A stretch of 64,000 nt of DNA from Octopus vulgaris (Eukaryota), in NCBI GenBank assembly GCA_951406725.2, contig OX597820.1, forward strand, positions 31,000,001 to 31,064,000. Direction: 5' to 3'. The translations under genes and the position numbers were made by a program. Positions 39,727-53,392 of the stretch are shown piece by piece. A model generated the notes under the pieces. The model was not told where the DNA came from and did not search any database. It saw nothing but the letters and a program-made list of their open reading frames with translations. The first letter of the stretch is position 1. Each line of letters begins with the position of its first letter.

Positions 39727-42032
39727 AACTTAATTATTGTGGATGGCGTTGGTTTAACAAAACATCCCCCATAGTGAAAACAAAAGGAAATGAACATTGT
39801 GCATCCACATAGCCATGAAAACAAGATAAGCCACCACTCTTAAGTAGTAAAATAGAACAGATCCACAAATGAGTTACTAATTTGATCAACTTCCCTCCTG
39901 ATAGAAATAAAAACAAAATGCCAAAGCCACCTAATTTGTTTAAATGGAACATTACACTAGAAAACTATATAAAAGTTTTTATTTTCCTGGCATTTCACTG
40001 AAACAAGAAGCCACACTAGAAAGTACACACACGTCTACACTTTGATCTTACCTAAAAGGCTGGTTGTATGCTAAAGAAGTTTGCTTCCCAACCACATTGT
40101 TTGGGGTTCAGCTTCACTGCAAAGCACCTTGGGTAAGTGTCTTCTACTACAGCCCTGAGCTAACCAAAGACTTGTGAAGGGATTTAGTAAATGGAAACTG
40201 AAAGAAGCCTGTCATATACGTATTTGTGTCTTCTTGTCTTGACATTGTGTGACAGTTGTAAATGATTGTCACTGTCATTCAAACAATGTCATTCATTTCC
40301 AATGCTCTGAGGGAACAGGTGAGGGTTAGTGACTGGAAAAGCATCTGGCTTATATAATCTGTTTTAGTAAATGTTATCTGACCCATTGCAAGCATGGACA
40401 AATGGATGTTAAAATGATGATATAAGAAATATATTTCATTATCTTATTTTGTAAAATAATTTTTTATTAAGCTTAGTACCCCCACTTCCCATATGAACAG
40501 AAAGCATCATGTTTGCATCATATTCCCCACTTCAGAGATTTTGCTGATTTGAAGATTTTATAAATGTGTGTGTGTGTGGTTTTGAACTTTAAAACCAACG
40601 GAGCAAAATGGGTCATAAAAGGAAAAGAAGTAGCTAAAGAAAACCTCACAAACTGAAGATTTCTTGTTAGATTCAGTTGATATTAGAAAAAACAACAACA
40701 TTATATCAGATGAATTAAGAGGTTAAAAGAAAAAGGTGTGTGTCAGTTTGATCCAGCTGACCTACAATTAAGATATGATCATGCTATTGTTTTCTTTTAC
40801 CTAAAGTATGCCAAATCCTACCTTATTCAATCAATGTATCATTCCTTTCTTACGAATCTAGTGTGTGATTTATGGGAGATTTGGATGCTATTTGTAGCAG
40901 GCCAGCAACCACATACAGATTAGTCTCTTGCCTAAGGGTTATATAACCTTGATTCTCTAAGGTAAACGAGGCCAGTAGAGAAGGTGACTAGCAGAGTAAA
41001 CTATATATAAGATTGAAACAAGGCAACAGAAAACTACTGCTGTACCTTTCTCCCAAAAAGTCACGAATCTTCAGACTTTGGCATAGAGTTCCATGATCAT
41101 CAACACCTGCAGGCAAGGCACAAGAACTTACTTTATCTTCTGTAAAAATCTGAATATTTAAGATTTCTATTGTTACTGCTGATTTGGTTCTAGACCAGCC
41201 TGTATTGAGTATATCTATCATCAAAATCTTTTGTTTCCGTGGTTATCAGACTCCACACTTTTCCCCAAATATGGTGCAATCAAAACTGCATTACACAATG
41301 TGACGGTAGGTGTGATATGAGGGAGATTAAGCTGGCATTTCAAATATTGTTAGTAGAGAGGATTAGAGAGGCTCCTTCACTTTAGTGGTGACAAAAGAAA
41401 TAGTGGGGAATCCTGTAAGCTAATTAGTATGTCTTTCATATCGGTTGGTACAGCAGCAACACTGTCCTATTTACATGAGCAGTAAACCTATATTCTGATA
41501 TATATATATTATCTTGACTAAGTCAGCCTCTTGCTATGCTAGGTTTCAACTGGATCTTCAGGCAAGTTGTGTGTATGTGTGTGAGTATGTACACACATGC
41601 GCTTATTCAGAACATAAGAAAAAAAAAAACTACAACAAAAATAAAACAAAAAACCTTCAGAAAAACTCCCAAGGTTTCTTTTCTGAGTCAGTAGTTGCAG
41701 TTGTCAATTTTGTTAGGTGGTTGTTGTCTTGAAAAATAAAACAATTCTAATATAAAATTTGTAATTTACAGATCAGCTACATAAGACAAAGAAAATAATC
41801 AAAATGGACAAAAAAAAAAAAAATCAAAATGTAAGAAAAAGAAGTAAAAATATTATTACAAATACTAGAAAGAGTGGTTAATTTCTGAAGAATTTTAAGG
41901 CCAAAAATGCTCAATTAACCAATATTCTAAAAGCACCATTAAGTGTCAGCATTGTTTTGATTGACAGAAGTACCAAAGATTTTCAGATGAAAAAATTTTT
42001 TGACAAGTTGAATTTCATATATACACATACAC

Positions 42033-42087
<55 letters not shown>

Positions 42088-42594
42088 CAGACTGTTGACA
42101 GGAAAACACAATGAGATTTACAAAAACACAGGCACCCTCCATATTTATACATGTGTGTGTGTCTGTGTGTTTGTGCATATAAATGGATTATAAATTCTTA
42201 TAGGACAAGCTGAGGAAGTACTACATTTTGCTACATTTTCTTAAGTAAAATATCACAGGCATTCTTCCTCAAAAAAACAAAAAACAAAAAAAACCCCACT
42301 TACACAAAACGCACATGAATGCATATATACATATGTATGTATAAAAAAAGAAGTCAACACATTTTGATGACCAGCGACAAAGTACATTTGCTGCCTTTTT
42401 TTGTAAGCAAAATATCACAAACTGATCGGTTGTAACTCTCTGCCACTAATGTAACATTAAATGGTCTTTATTAATCCATCATTGATCTTTGGTAGGTTAC
42501 CATGTGCTGCACTTAAGACCTAGAACAGATCATCTATAGTAGAGTATAACACAATAAAGCTCTCAATCATAAAAGTAGATTTGAATAATAATAA

Positions 42595-43622
42595 TCCTTT
42601 CTACTAAAGGCACAAAACCTGAAGTTGGAGGAGGGGGTAGTCAATTACATCAACCATAGCAGTCAACTGGTACTTAATTTATTGACCCTAAAAGGATGAA
42701 AGGTAAAGTTGACCTTGGTGGAATTTGAACTCAGAATGTAAAGATAACGAAATGTCACTAAGCATTTTGCCCAGCATGCTAATGATTCTGCCAGCTTGCT
42801 ACCGTAATAATAATAATAATAATGGTGAAGATGATCCTTTCTACTATAGGTACAAGGCCTGAAATTTTGGAGGAGGGAGCTAGTTGATTACACTAACCCC
42901 AATGCTTGATTGGTACTTATTTTATCAACCCCAAAAGGATAAAAGGCAAAGTTGACCTTGGTGGAATTTGAACTCAGAATGTAAAGCCAGAAGAAATGCA
43001 TACTCCACATTTTGTCTGATGTACTAAAAATTCTGTCAGTTTGATGCCTTAATAATAATCCCTTCAACTGTAAGCATGAGGCCTGAAGTTTTGGGGCAAT
43101 GGGATGGTCAATTACACTGACCCCAGTGCTCAACTGTTACTTATTTTATTGACCCTGAAAGGATAAAAAGTAAAGTTGATCTCAGTGGAATTTGAACTCA
43201 GAGTGTAAAGAGATGGAAGAAATACTACTAAGCAATTTTGTCTAGCATGGTAACAATTCTGCTAAGCTGTTGCTGCCTTAAATAATAATAATAATAATCT
43301 CTAATTTTGGCAGAAGACCAGCAATTTTGAGTGGATGGGGAAGATGATTACACTGACTCCAGAACTTGACAGGTACTCATCTTATCAACCCCAAAAGGAT
43401 GAAAGGCAAAGTCAAGCTTGGCGGTATTAGAACTCTGGACACAAGCTAGAAGAAATGTTGCCAAACATTTACTGTGGCATAGTAATGACTGAGCCAGCTC
43501 ACTGCCCTAAATAATAACAATAATTTCTAACATTGGCACAAAGTTTACTTGATGAAACTGGCCCCAATACTTGACTGATAATTTAGCAATCCAGAAAGAC
43601 AGAAAGGCAAAATTGACTGAAA
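42595..43622 (-). mobile_element. Head-to-tail array of 5 SINE family A copies
   Basis: Units at about 42595-42804, 42834-43050, 43058-43279, 43298-43507 and 43525-43622, separated by (AAT)n. Confidence 0.9.
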
Positions 43623-45107
43623 TCATTACCAGTCTTGAAACCAGAAAATCTGTTGATATGGATTGCTTCTGCACAACTGTACAGTGAGACTCTGTGATAT
43701 TCACAAGTCATATGTGACATGAAGTGTTTACAAGCAGGTATAATATCAAAGATACTAGTTTAATGAACTTGGAGAATTACCTCTATGACTGTCATAAGTA
43801 AAAGCTAAACATACACGAATTAAATAAAAGGAAACAAAAGAATTAAAAAAGAAGTCTTTGCAGTTGGTTTAATCATGTGTCCTTGAGTATTTGAGAATGA
43901 ATCTACAGGGATTGCAGATAGCTCTAGAGAGAAAAGCAATAAATCTAAGTCACACAAAGGTAAGCCTTTTCAGCCAAGGTTATTAAAGCACTTAAAAATG
44001 GTTAGCAGAAAAGAAGTAGAGGAAGAGAGAGAAGCATATGTGAGGAGGGGAAAAAATATACATGGTGTAAAGAGACAAAGGAAAGAGATCAAGTATTACA
44101 AAAAAGAGGAATGGGAGCAACAGAGAGGGTTATGATAGATGTTTGACTAAAGCTAATGATGGCAATGAATAAATGCATAATAGAGAAATAAAGAGTTTAG
44201 ACAATGAGCAACATTGGATTGGTAAAGGTTCTCTTTCAATAATAAAGTATTTCTGGTACCATGGGTTTCATACTGGGGGTTTAGCAAGCATGAAACCACT
44301 GGTATCAGAAATTTAATATAAATTCCATTAATGTGTGTGTGTGTGTGAGAGAGAGAGAGGGCAAATCTAGAAAAAGATATTTAAACCAGAACATTGTACA
44401 TATGAGGAAAGGGTGTTGTTGTTGTGGGTCATAAGGACTAATTAACGGACTGTTTCAAAGAAAATTAGACCACAAGTGGTAGCCAGGGTTACTGTTGTTA
44501 TCTGCCAGGTATATACCAAACACATCTGCCTCACAACTGGTGCAACAGACTTTTTAACATTAAGTCAAACACAAGTACTTTATAACTGCAGAGTTTTCTG
44601 GTTCGGTATGTACTGTATGTAACTGCCTTACAAGTGGTATGGCACAGTTCCTGTTCTATGACCAACACAACTTACAGAAGAGGAAAGAAAATGGTTTCCA
44701 GCCATGTAACCAACACATCTAGCAAAGGGCAGAAAGAAAAGGGTGAGTCTGATCTGCAATCAACATTAACAGAGAAAGGAGAAGGCTTCGAACCCAGAGA
44801 GGAGAGATAGGGGAGAGAGAGAAGATTTTCTGGTCTGTAACCAACACACCTAACACAGGATGGGTGAGAAAGAGAGAGAGAGAGCAAAATGGTGGTTTCT
44901 CTGCTACGTGCTACAAGAGTGCTACAGTGACCAACACAGCTGCTTCAACAACTGGTAGAGTGGGAACTTGCCGTCTGTAGTTGGTAGGATGGAACTCAGT
45001 GGAATCTCATCTGAACCTTTTTTCTCCCTTTGGCTTCTCTGCAAAGAAAATCACATGAAGGATAAACGACAGCTTGGGCCAACCCTCATATAGTAATTTA
45101 ATTAAAT

Positions 45108-45155
<48 letters not shown>

Positions 45156-46188
45156 TAATTAAATTTTGTTTGGAAATTATACTTTGACAGCAGCAGTATC
45201 GCTGGTGGTAGCAGCAGTAGCAGTAGCAATAGTAGCAGGAAACAGCGGCTATGGCAGAAGGTGAAGGAACAGACAAGGAGAAAGAGAGATAGGCAAGGAG
45301 GAAATAAGCAATGACGGCTGTGCACTGGATCTAATCCTATAAACAGAGCAAGATGAAAACAAGATGAGAGTGTGAAAGACAGAAAAATGTAATAATGTTT
45401 ACCCCCTCCCACCAAACAAGCAATAAACACTTCCCTTCATGACATAAATACAACAAAATCTTCGTGCTCTGAAATGTATATGTGTCTGTGTACATACACA
45501 CTCACATACGGAAGTTTCTCTAAAGCCTACTCTTCAACTCATAGTATACAAGGAAGACTGAACAATAAAGACTGGATTGCATGTTCAGTACTCCTAAATC
45601 TTCTCCAGTTTCTCAACATCAATAACAACTCCTGCCGAGTGTATAAATACATTTCAAAGATTTACCACTTCTAATAATCTCAGTAGTTATGAAGTTGAGG
45701 TACTGAATTCCAACAAGGCCATACTTGCGATGGCTTAGACAATCTAAAGGACTAAATCATATATATATATATATATATATATAGCCATATGCATAACCAA
45801 ATACAACTAGCCACACACACATGCACTCATCTATATCCACATGTACACCTATGTATTGACACACACATAGTAAACAGCCACTCATATGTATCCAAGTATT
45901 TTGCATTATTATGAGTAATATATAATTCTCCTTTTGTTCAGAATGTGACATGACCATCCTGTCGCATGCCTCATGCAAATAATTCTAAAGAAATTTCTGA
46001 TTTTTTTTGAAAGAGGACGGATTACAGAGTTCCACAATGACAAATAGCTAGGAAACTTGGAATATCTCTTTCTACTGTTAACAAAACTATACTTCAACTG
46101 CAAAAGAACTGAATTATTATCTAGTTGACTTGGGTCCTTTGAAAGATGTTTTCATGCCATCTCAAAGATCTTTGGAGAACAACCTTAT

Positions 46189-46407
46189 TTAACTCTTTAG
46201 CATTCAGATTATTGTCAAATATAATGCTTACTTATTGTTTTGAATTAATCATGCATTATCTCACAAAATTGAGATTTCAATGATGTGATTGATTATGCAC
46301 AGAATGACATTTTAGGGTAGTGTGAGCGGTTGGATCTGGTCAGCTTGAGCCTAACACAAGTAGAATATTTGGGTCGAATAAGGCCAGTTTAAATGCTAAA
46401 GAGTTAA
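46189..46407. mobile_element. MITE family D copy
   Basis: ttaa-ctctttagcatt ... aatgctaaagag-ttaa: a perfect TIR with TTAA flanks. Confidence 0.8.
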
Positions 46408-47182
46408 AGGCTTCAGAAGTGACAGAAGAGTTCCAAAATCTGTCCAAGAACTATTGTAAGTAGCTAACTAAGGAGAAACCCCTCTTAACTATGATCACTA
46501 ATTTATAAAAAGAAATGAGTAAGATACCAAGACAAGCAGGAATTTTTATAGGTCAAAATTTGCTCAAGTGTGAAGCAGCAGATGTGTCTGGGTCTGAAGA
46601 TTCTGGAGATAATGAACAGCTTGATAAAAACAGGTGACAATGAATAAATATAGAGGCATATCTATTCTGGTTTAAGGAATAGGGGCTATATCTACCTCCT
46701 CGCTTGCCTCTCTACTTGAGTGGTATTATATTTTATTGCCTCTGGAAGGAAGAGAGGTAAAGTAAATCACGGTGTGTTTTGAACACTCCAGGTTCAAATT
46801 AACTTTCCATCTTTCCAAGGATGAATGTAAAGGGATGTCACTAAATGCTTAAAAATATTCTGTTCTAACAATTTGACTAATTCGTTGCTATAAATTTCTT
46901 TGGCAAGAATTGACTCTAGTATCAGTTTTGTCAAATATTATGCGTGTGTGTACATACATATCTATATATACATAATTACACATACTCAGATACATTCACA
47001 CATACAACATGTAAAGACTGTTTATAATATCCAGATTTTTTTTTTTTTTTTTTTTAAAGAACAATCATAGAAAATAGGATTCACTATTTTGTGATCAGCA
47101 GAGGTTTGTCATCCCTGTACCCTGGTATTATATACGGAAAAAAGTTTTAACATACAATGGAGAGACTTTGAGAGTGTGTGTA

Positions 47183-47230
<48 letters not shown>

Positions 47231-47796
47231 TATAACAAAATTCTCAATGACTAAATTTCTTTTTGTAAAAAAAACTTTTGCAGAAAAATCTGAACAAACT
47301 TTTGAAAAATTTTTCAAAAAAATGAATAGGGGGTGGGAGATCAGATAAAAATTCACCTAAGGCAGGAATATGCAAAGATACTCTCATTGAGAAAGGAAAT
47401 ATTAACAAAAAGTGAAACAAGAACAAAAAGGGGCCTTTACTTTGTTATGAAATAATAAAATATATAGTGATTTCTTTTCAGCAGGCACAAAACCAACTTT
47501 TTCAAAGAAAATAGGGGTCTGACTGGTTCAAGTGATCCCAGTGTATTTTATTAACCCGTGAAGGGGATGTCAGGCAAATTGGATAATGGTGGAATTACAA
47601 GGAAAAAAAAATATCAGGAGATATGCCAAGACTTGTGCTTGTATGTGTGTGTGTATGCCTATGTGTACACTAAATTGTGTATGTGTGTGTGTATTTGCAT
47701 GTGTGTCTGCTTATATGCTTATGTGTACATGGGCATATATGCATGTGCATTCATACATATACTTGTGTGTGTGTGCATGCATGTATGTTATGTATA

Positions 47797-47832
<36 letters not shown>

Positions 47833-49094
47833 TGTTCACAAGTAAACTTGTGTGGACTATGAGCTGATGTGAATTCTGCATATCAATACAAGTGGTTTTA
47901 AAGCATGTATGTATATACAAGTGTGTGTACTTGTGTATTTTTAATTGTGGTGCTCCAGCATAGTCGCAACTCAACAGCTGGAACTAGTAAAACAGAAAGA
48001 GGATGTTTTTTTTTTGTTTGTCTGTACATGCATATGTGTGAATGTGTATATGTATTCATGAATGATGTGAGTAGAAATATCCAAGAAGTCCACCAAAAAT
48101 TTCATTGACAATACAGGATTCACTGAACAGTTGCCTTTTCAATATTTTTTTGCTTTTCTGGAGGGTGGCAGTTCCTTTCATGCAATAAGGGCCACCTAAT
48201 TGGGTTTTGTCAGGCAACTGTCCCCTAACATATGTCAAACTCAGTGAGTTTCTAAAGGGGCAGAAACAGAATGAGAGAGAGAGGAACAACGTGCATGAGA
48301 ATATATATATATATACACATATATATATATGTATGTATGTATATGAAAGAAACAGAGAAACAAAATAACACCATCAATAAGTACAGAGTGTTCCGGGTAT
48401 TGAAGTCTTAGTAGGAGTAGTAGTAGTGAACCAGCGCCGATGATATTGTTAAGACCAGATGCAGCTTCCTGGAAGGACACTTTTAAGTCTGTCGTGAACA
48501 AAAAAATATTAGAACAATGAAAAAAAAAAACAAAAAAAATAATGACTTATGGTAAAAAAAAAATTAAGAAAATATGATTTTAAAATCTGGAGAAAAAAAT
48601 GAAAAAAGAAAAAGAAAAAAAGCTCAAGAAATCAATTAGTATGGAAAAATGGAAAGAAATTGTGATATAAATTCTGGGAATTTACAAAAGAGATATAAAT
48701 AAACAGCTGACAAACAAGTAGATATCTGAACCCACTTGTGGTACATTCGAGGAAAATAAACCATTTATGAGGACTCTCTCTCCTATATATAACAACATAC
48801 ATATATTGGAAAGATGAATCTCAAAGGAAATGAAGCTATAAATAATAGCCAGTAAATATTGGGTTAAAAAACTGAAGGTGGATCATAGGATATGAAACCA
48901 CATCTTCTGGAGATATGACAAGCATTCTACTATAGGACCAAAGAAACCCATTTTAGAAACTTTGATCTTATCAGCAAGAATTGTCTTTAACCAATATTTA
49001 AATACAATAATTAATAGCTTTATTTGCTTCGTGATCCACTATTCCAAAAAAGAATTATTTCATGCACTCTCAAAGTGTATAAATTCTAATGAAC

Positions 49095-49141
<47 letters not shown>

Positions 49142-50501
49142 GTAATAAGATATTAAGCTAGAGTTGAATATGACTTGAAATCAGTTCATCATCATATATC
49201 TATTGTTACATTAGAAAGACAAACCAGATGCGACAATCTGGTAGAGCCCAAAAAGGAGAATAGAAAGACAGTATTCATTTCATAATATAAAGTAGGTGTT
49301 TTTCTTTGTTTCTTTTTTAGATAAAGAGGGATTTTCCCTTGTGGTTATGAATATAGATATATACTGAGTGTTAGGTTTGGAACAGAATCAGTTGTAATTT
49401 ATTCACAAGACAGAAGAATTTCATTTGATGTCATACTCCGTTGCTCACAATATATTATAAGCATCATGCTGCCCATATTTCTCCCTTGCTACAGGTTTCA
49501 GCTTGTTGCTCACTGAACAACCACCTGACATCAAATCCATAAGCTGTTTTGACCAGATTCCGAGAATTCCTACTAGTTTACAATGAAAAGCATTGGTCAG
49601 ATTTTTACTGACATCATTCAAACAATTTGAAAAATCCTGTTTTGTTGTTTACTAAATTATTCTAATTGAAAAAAGAATCCAAGTTTAATTTGGGACAGAG
49701 ATCTGCTACATATATTCAATATATATTATATATTGATAAAAAAAATCAAAACCCTTCCTTATACTTTATATTAAAGGATGTTTTCTGACTTTCACATAAC
49801 TTTACATAATTTCGTATGCTGAAGAAGTGGTTATATATTATAGAAACTCCAGAGTAAGAGGTCACTGGTTGAGCTTAAATATAAATGTACACACACACAC
49901 ACACCATATTCAAACTGGAGAAATGGATAGTCTGTAAAAAATTCTTTTGCTTAGTATTTGAAATTTCAGGTTTTACACAGCAAATATTCTGAGTTTCACA
50001 TAAAAGCCATCCTATGCAAATTAAAAGATTTGATGCATCTTTGAGTACTTACTGCTAGGTTATGATTAGGTGATGCTGATAATGATGGTGGTAATGATGA
50101 TGTTGGTGGCAGAACATTCCTTTAGTTACAATCAGTTATAATCTTTATCTTATAACAAACACAGTTGCTGTTGTTTAGCGCTCAAAGTATTATATTTTTG
50201 TTTGTTTGTATGACAACAACGATGTTTAATGTGTCATTCTACTTTTAAGATGGTAGGGAGTGAAATGAGAGAATTTGGATGCTATTCTAGCATCTATTTC
50301 TAGCAGGCCATCTTGGTCTGCTAGAAATAGAAGCTCCTTTCTTAGGAGTGTGTGTTTGTGAGTGTACAAGATCAGGTACTTCAACACATACATCGCTTGA
50401 ATAAATCTGGAGAATATGCAAAATAATTATAGAAAAAGAACTTTGTAATTTTGTTTCAATGTTTAATATCCCACTTCAGGTATAGCTTAATAATGATAAT
50501 A

Positions 50502-51420
50502 ATCCTTTCTACTATAGGTATAAGGCCTGAAATTTTGGAGGAAGGACTAGTCGATTTAATTGACCCCCAGTGTTTCACTGGTACTTAATTTATCAACCTG
50601 AAAGGATGAAAGGCAAACTTGATCTCGGCAGAATTTGAACTTAGAAAGAAGGATGAAATGCTGCTAAACATTTTGCCCAGCATGCTAACAATTCCACCAG
50701 CTCATCCATCGCCTTAATAATTATAATCTTAATTGATTGGAAGTATTATATGTTTTGTTTTGGTATAAAAGAGGAGTTACAACAAATATTCTGCTCAATA
50801 CCACAGATTTGCTTGTCAGTTGCTTGACCATGACCAGCTGAGCATGTCCCTTAGTGACTGACGATATGTGTATCTCTGATCATGAACAGAAGTAGTGGGG
50901 GAGCATCATGGCCATATGTTGAGTGGAATTCTTTAGGGTTTGAATAATTCATCTTTGGAAACATGGGTGTTTTGTTCATCATCCTTAAACAACTCTCATT
51001 CAGGGACCTTTTGAGCGGGATGGACTACTTGATCAGAAGAAAATTATAACCGGGCCCCACCTGCAGGGTCATGCATTGTTTATCTTGATATGAGAACACC
51101 ATGTTGTGCACGTGTCTGGTGTAACTCTTATCAGATGGGTAGTCATGATGAGTATACTGGGCTTCGTATATTTGTACTGCAGTGTCACTTTGATGGCATG
51201 CATTGCTCTCTCACTCAATAATAATAAATAATTTCTAGCATGCAGTATAAGGCCAGAAATTTTTGGGGACAGGCTAAAGTCAGTTGAAATCAATTCCAGC
51301 ACATGACTGCAATTTTATTTCAAACCTTGAAAAGATGAAAGACAAAGACAACTTTGGCAGAATTTGAACTCAGAATGTAAAGAGACGAATTAAATACTGC
51401 CTGGCATTTTGTCTGATGCT
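50502..51420 (-). mobile_element. Two SINE family A copies flanking an unclassified repeat-like segment of about 490 bp (50735-51220) that ends in (AAT)n
   Basis: Family A motifs at about 50502-50716 and 51230-51420. The middle segment is more GC-balanced and ends ctctctcactc(aat)n. Confidence 0.6.
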
Positions 51421-53176
51421 CAACTTGACAATGTCACAAAGCTATACAAGAGAGAGAAGAGGAAAGAGCATGTGGTGTTCATGCTTTTCCTCTTCCTACC
51501 AACCAGATACTGAAATCAGTGTATGGCATGTTTTACCAGGGGCTTGCCTTTCTGTAGCTTTCAAAAATGAATGTTTGAGCAAAGTGAAACAGCCACAACT
51601 GGGACTTGAAATGGAGTCATGCTTAGGCTTGGCTTACCAAAAGCTTGTAGTTTATTCTCTGGAGGCACTTTGAATTGGAAAACTACTAAAGATAAACGGA
51701 ACAATTATCACGATTTTCCTTAATGTTGGTGATAGTGGTGGAAGACAAATCGATACAAAGCATGTTTTATATAGCTATAATTTCAATGTAACAACACTAA
51801 ATTGTAACTCAGAGAATTTACAATTAGTAACCCTAACAAAATAAATCAACAATTTTATTTATAATTCATGATTTTATAGGGTTCAAGAAAAATAAAATTT
51901 AGACCATTTCTACCTCTTTCTGGCATGATATGCAGTCTGATTTTGAATACAGTTAGACATCTACAAAGAATACCCGGCAAGATATTATTATAGATGTTTT
52001 CACCTTGGAGAAATTCTACCAAACTCACTGTGGTAATTAGAAAAAAGTATTTGTTACATATTTGTTATGTCTCTATAACTAATGAATTTATAAAAGATTT
52101 GGGGTTAACACACACATACACACACACACGCACAGCACATTTGAATGTATATCATAATAGATTTGTATATATTAAACTCACTCTGTATTTTGTTCTTTGT
52201 TAACATACAAACACTTACACACGACAGAAACATATTTATCAATAATGCTAAATTATTTTGAAGATATATAAAAAATAGCTATTAAGTATTTTCCCCCAAC
52301 ACCAAGTAATATATAGAAACTTCTATGCAACATTCCATGGCCATTTCATTATTATTACTATTATCACCAATGATAATAGTAATAACAAACATGTGACCTT
52401 AAACACCTGCTAGCAAAAAAATTTTTTTTATTCAAATACTTTTTAAAAATACTTTTTCACATGATGAATGAGAAAATGAGTGATGATGCGATGAGTTTTA
52501 TATTAAAAAAGAGACTTTTTTCTTTCAGTTCTTTTCAAAGAATGATACAACTGAGTTTATTAATCTTTTGTTTTATTTTTTCTATTTGACTTTTAATAAT
52601 TAAAAATTGAAAATATACACACTGGCAGAAAAAAATGTGTGTATAAATGTATAAAAGTTTCTTGAAATATTTAAGAAAGGTGAAAAAAAAAAAAAATTAA
52701 TATTCAAAATCCATTCCCAAAAGAAGACAATTTCAGATAGGCTCACTCAACCATCCTAGCTGTCATTCAAGAAAACATATAGAATATTAAAAAAAAGACT
52801 CTGAAAATAAATTTTTTTCCATATATTTTGCTGTTTTGAAAGTCTATAGAAAAAATTTCCACAGGAAGATTTAGAAATATGAGAACAATCCAGACTTTGA
52901 ACATACCTGGAAAAAGAGATGTTTATGATTTAAAGAGATATGAAATGGATGGAAACCATTTCATTTTCTTTTTCATATCCTACACCAGACACAATTTGTT
53001 TTGAAGTAAAATACATTTCTATTCATTTTTCTCTTGTATGATCTAAGTACAAACTCTCTTGCCAACAGGCTAAAAAATACTATATTGAATGGATAAACAG
53101 AAAAATACAACTGAATTCACATACACATATATGTATGCAATAACGATGATGATGATAATAATAATAATGATGATGA

Positions 53177-53392
53177 TTCTTTCTAATTTTGGCACAAAGC
53201 CAGCAATTTTGAGGGGAGGGATATGTCAATTACATTGACCCCAGTGCTCAACTGGTACTTATTTTATCAACACTGAAAGGATGAAAGGCAAAGTTGACCT
53301 TGGTGACATTTAAAATCATAATGTGAAGGCAGAAGAAATGCCACTAAGCATTTTATCTGGCATGCTAACAATTCTGCCAGCTTGCTGCCTTC
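53177..53392 (-). mobile_element. SINE family A copy between (AAT/GAT)n tracts
   Basis: Full set of family A motifs. Confidence 0.85.

Noticed and set aside
42595-43622. CRISPR-like repeat/spacer appearance of the SINE arrays (also 12310-13710)
   Set aside because: Eukaryotic context, units are diverged SINEs or minisatellites, there are no unique spacers and no cas genes.
49380-49540. Partial hammerhead-like fragments on the minus strand
   Set aside because: The core is incomplete and stem I is not complementary.
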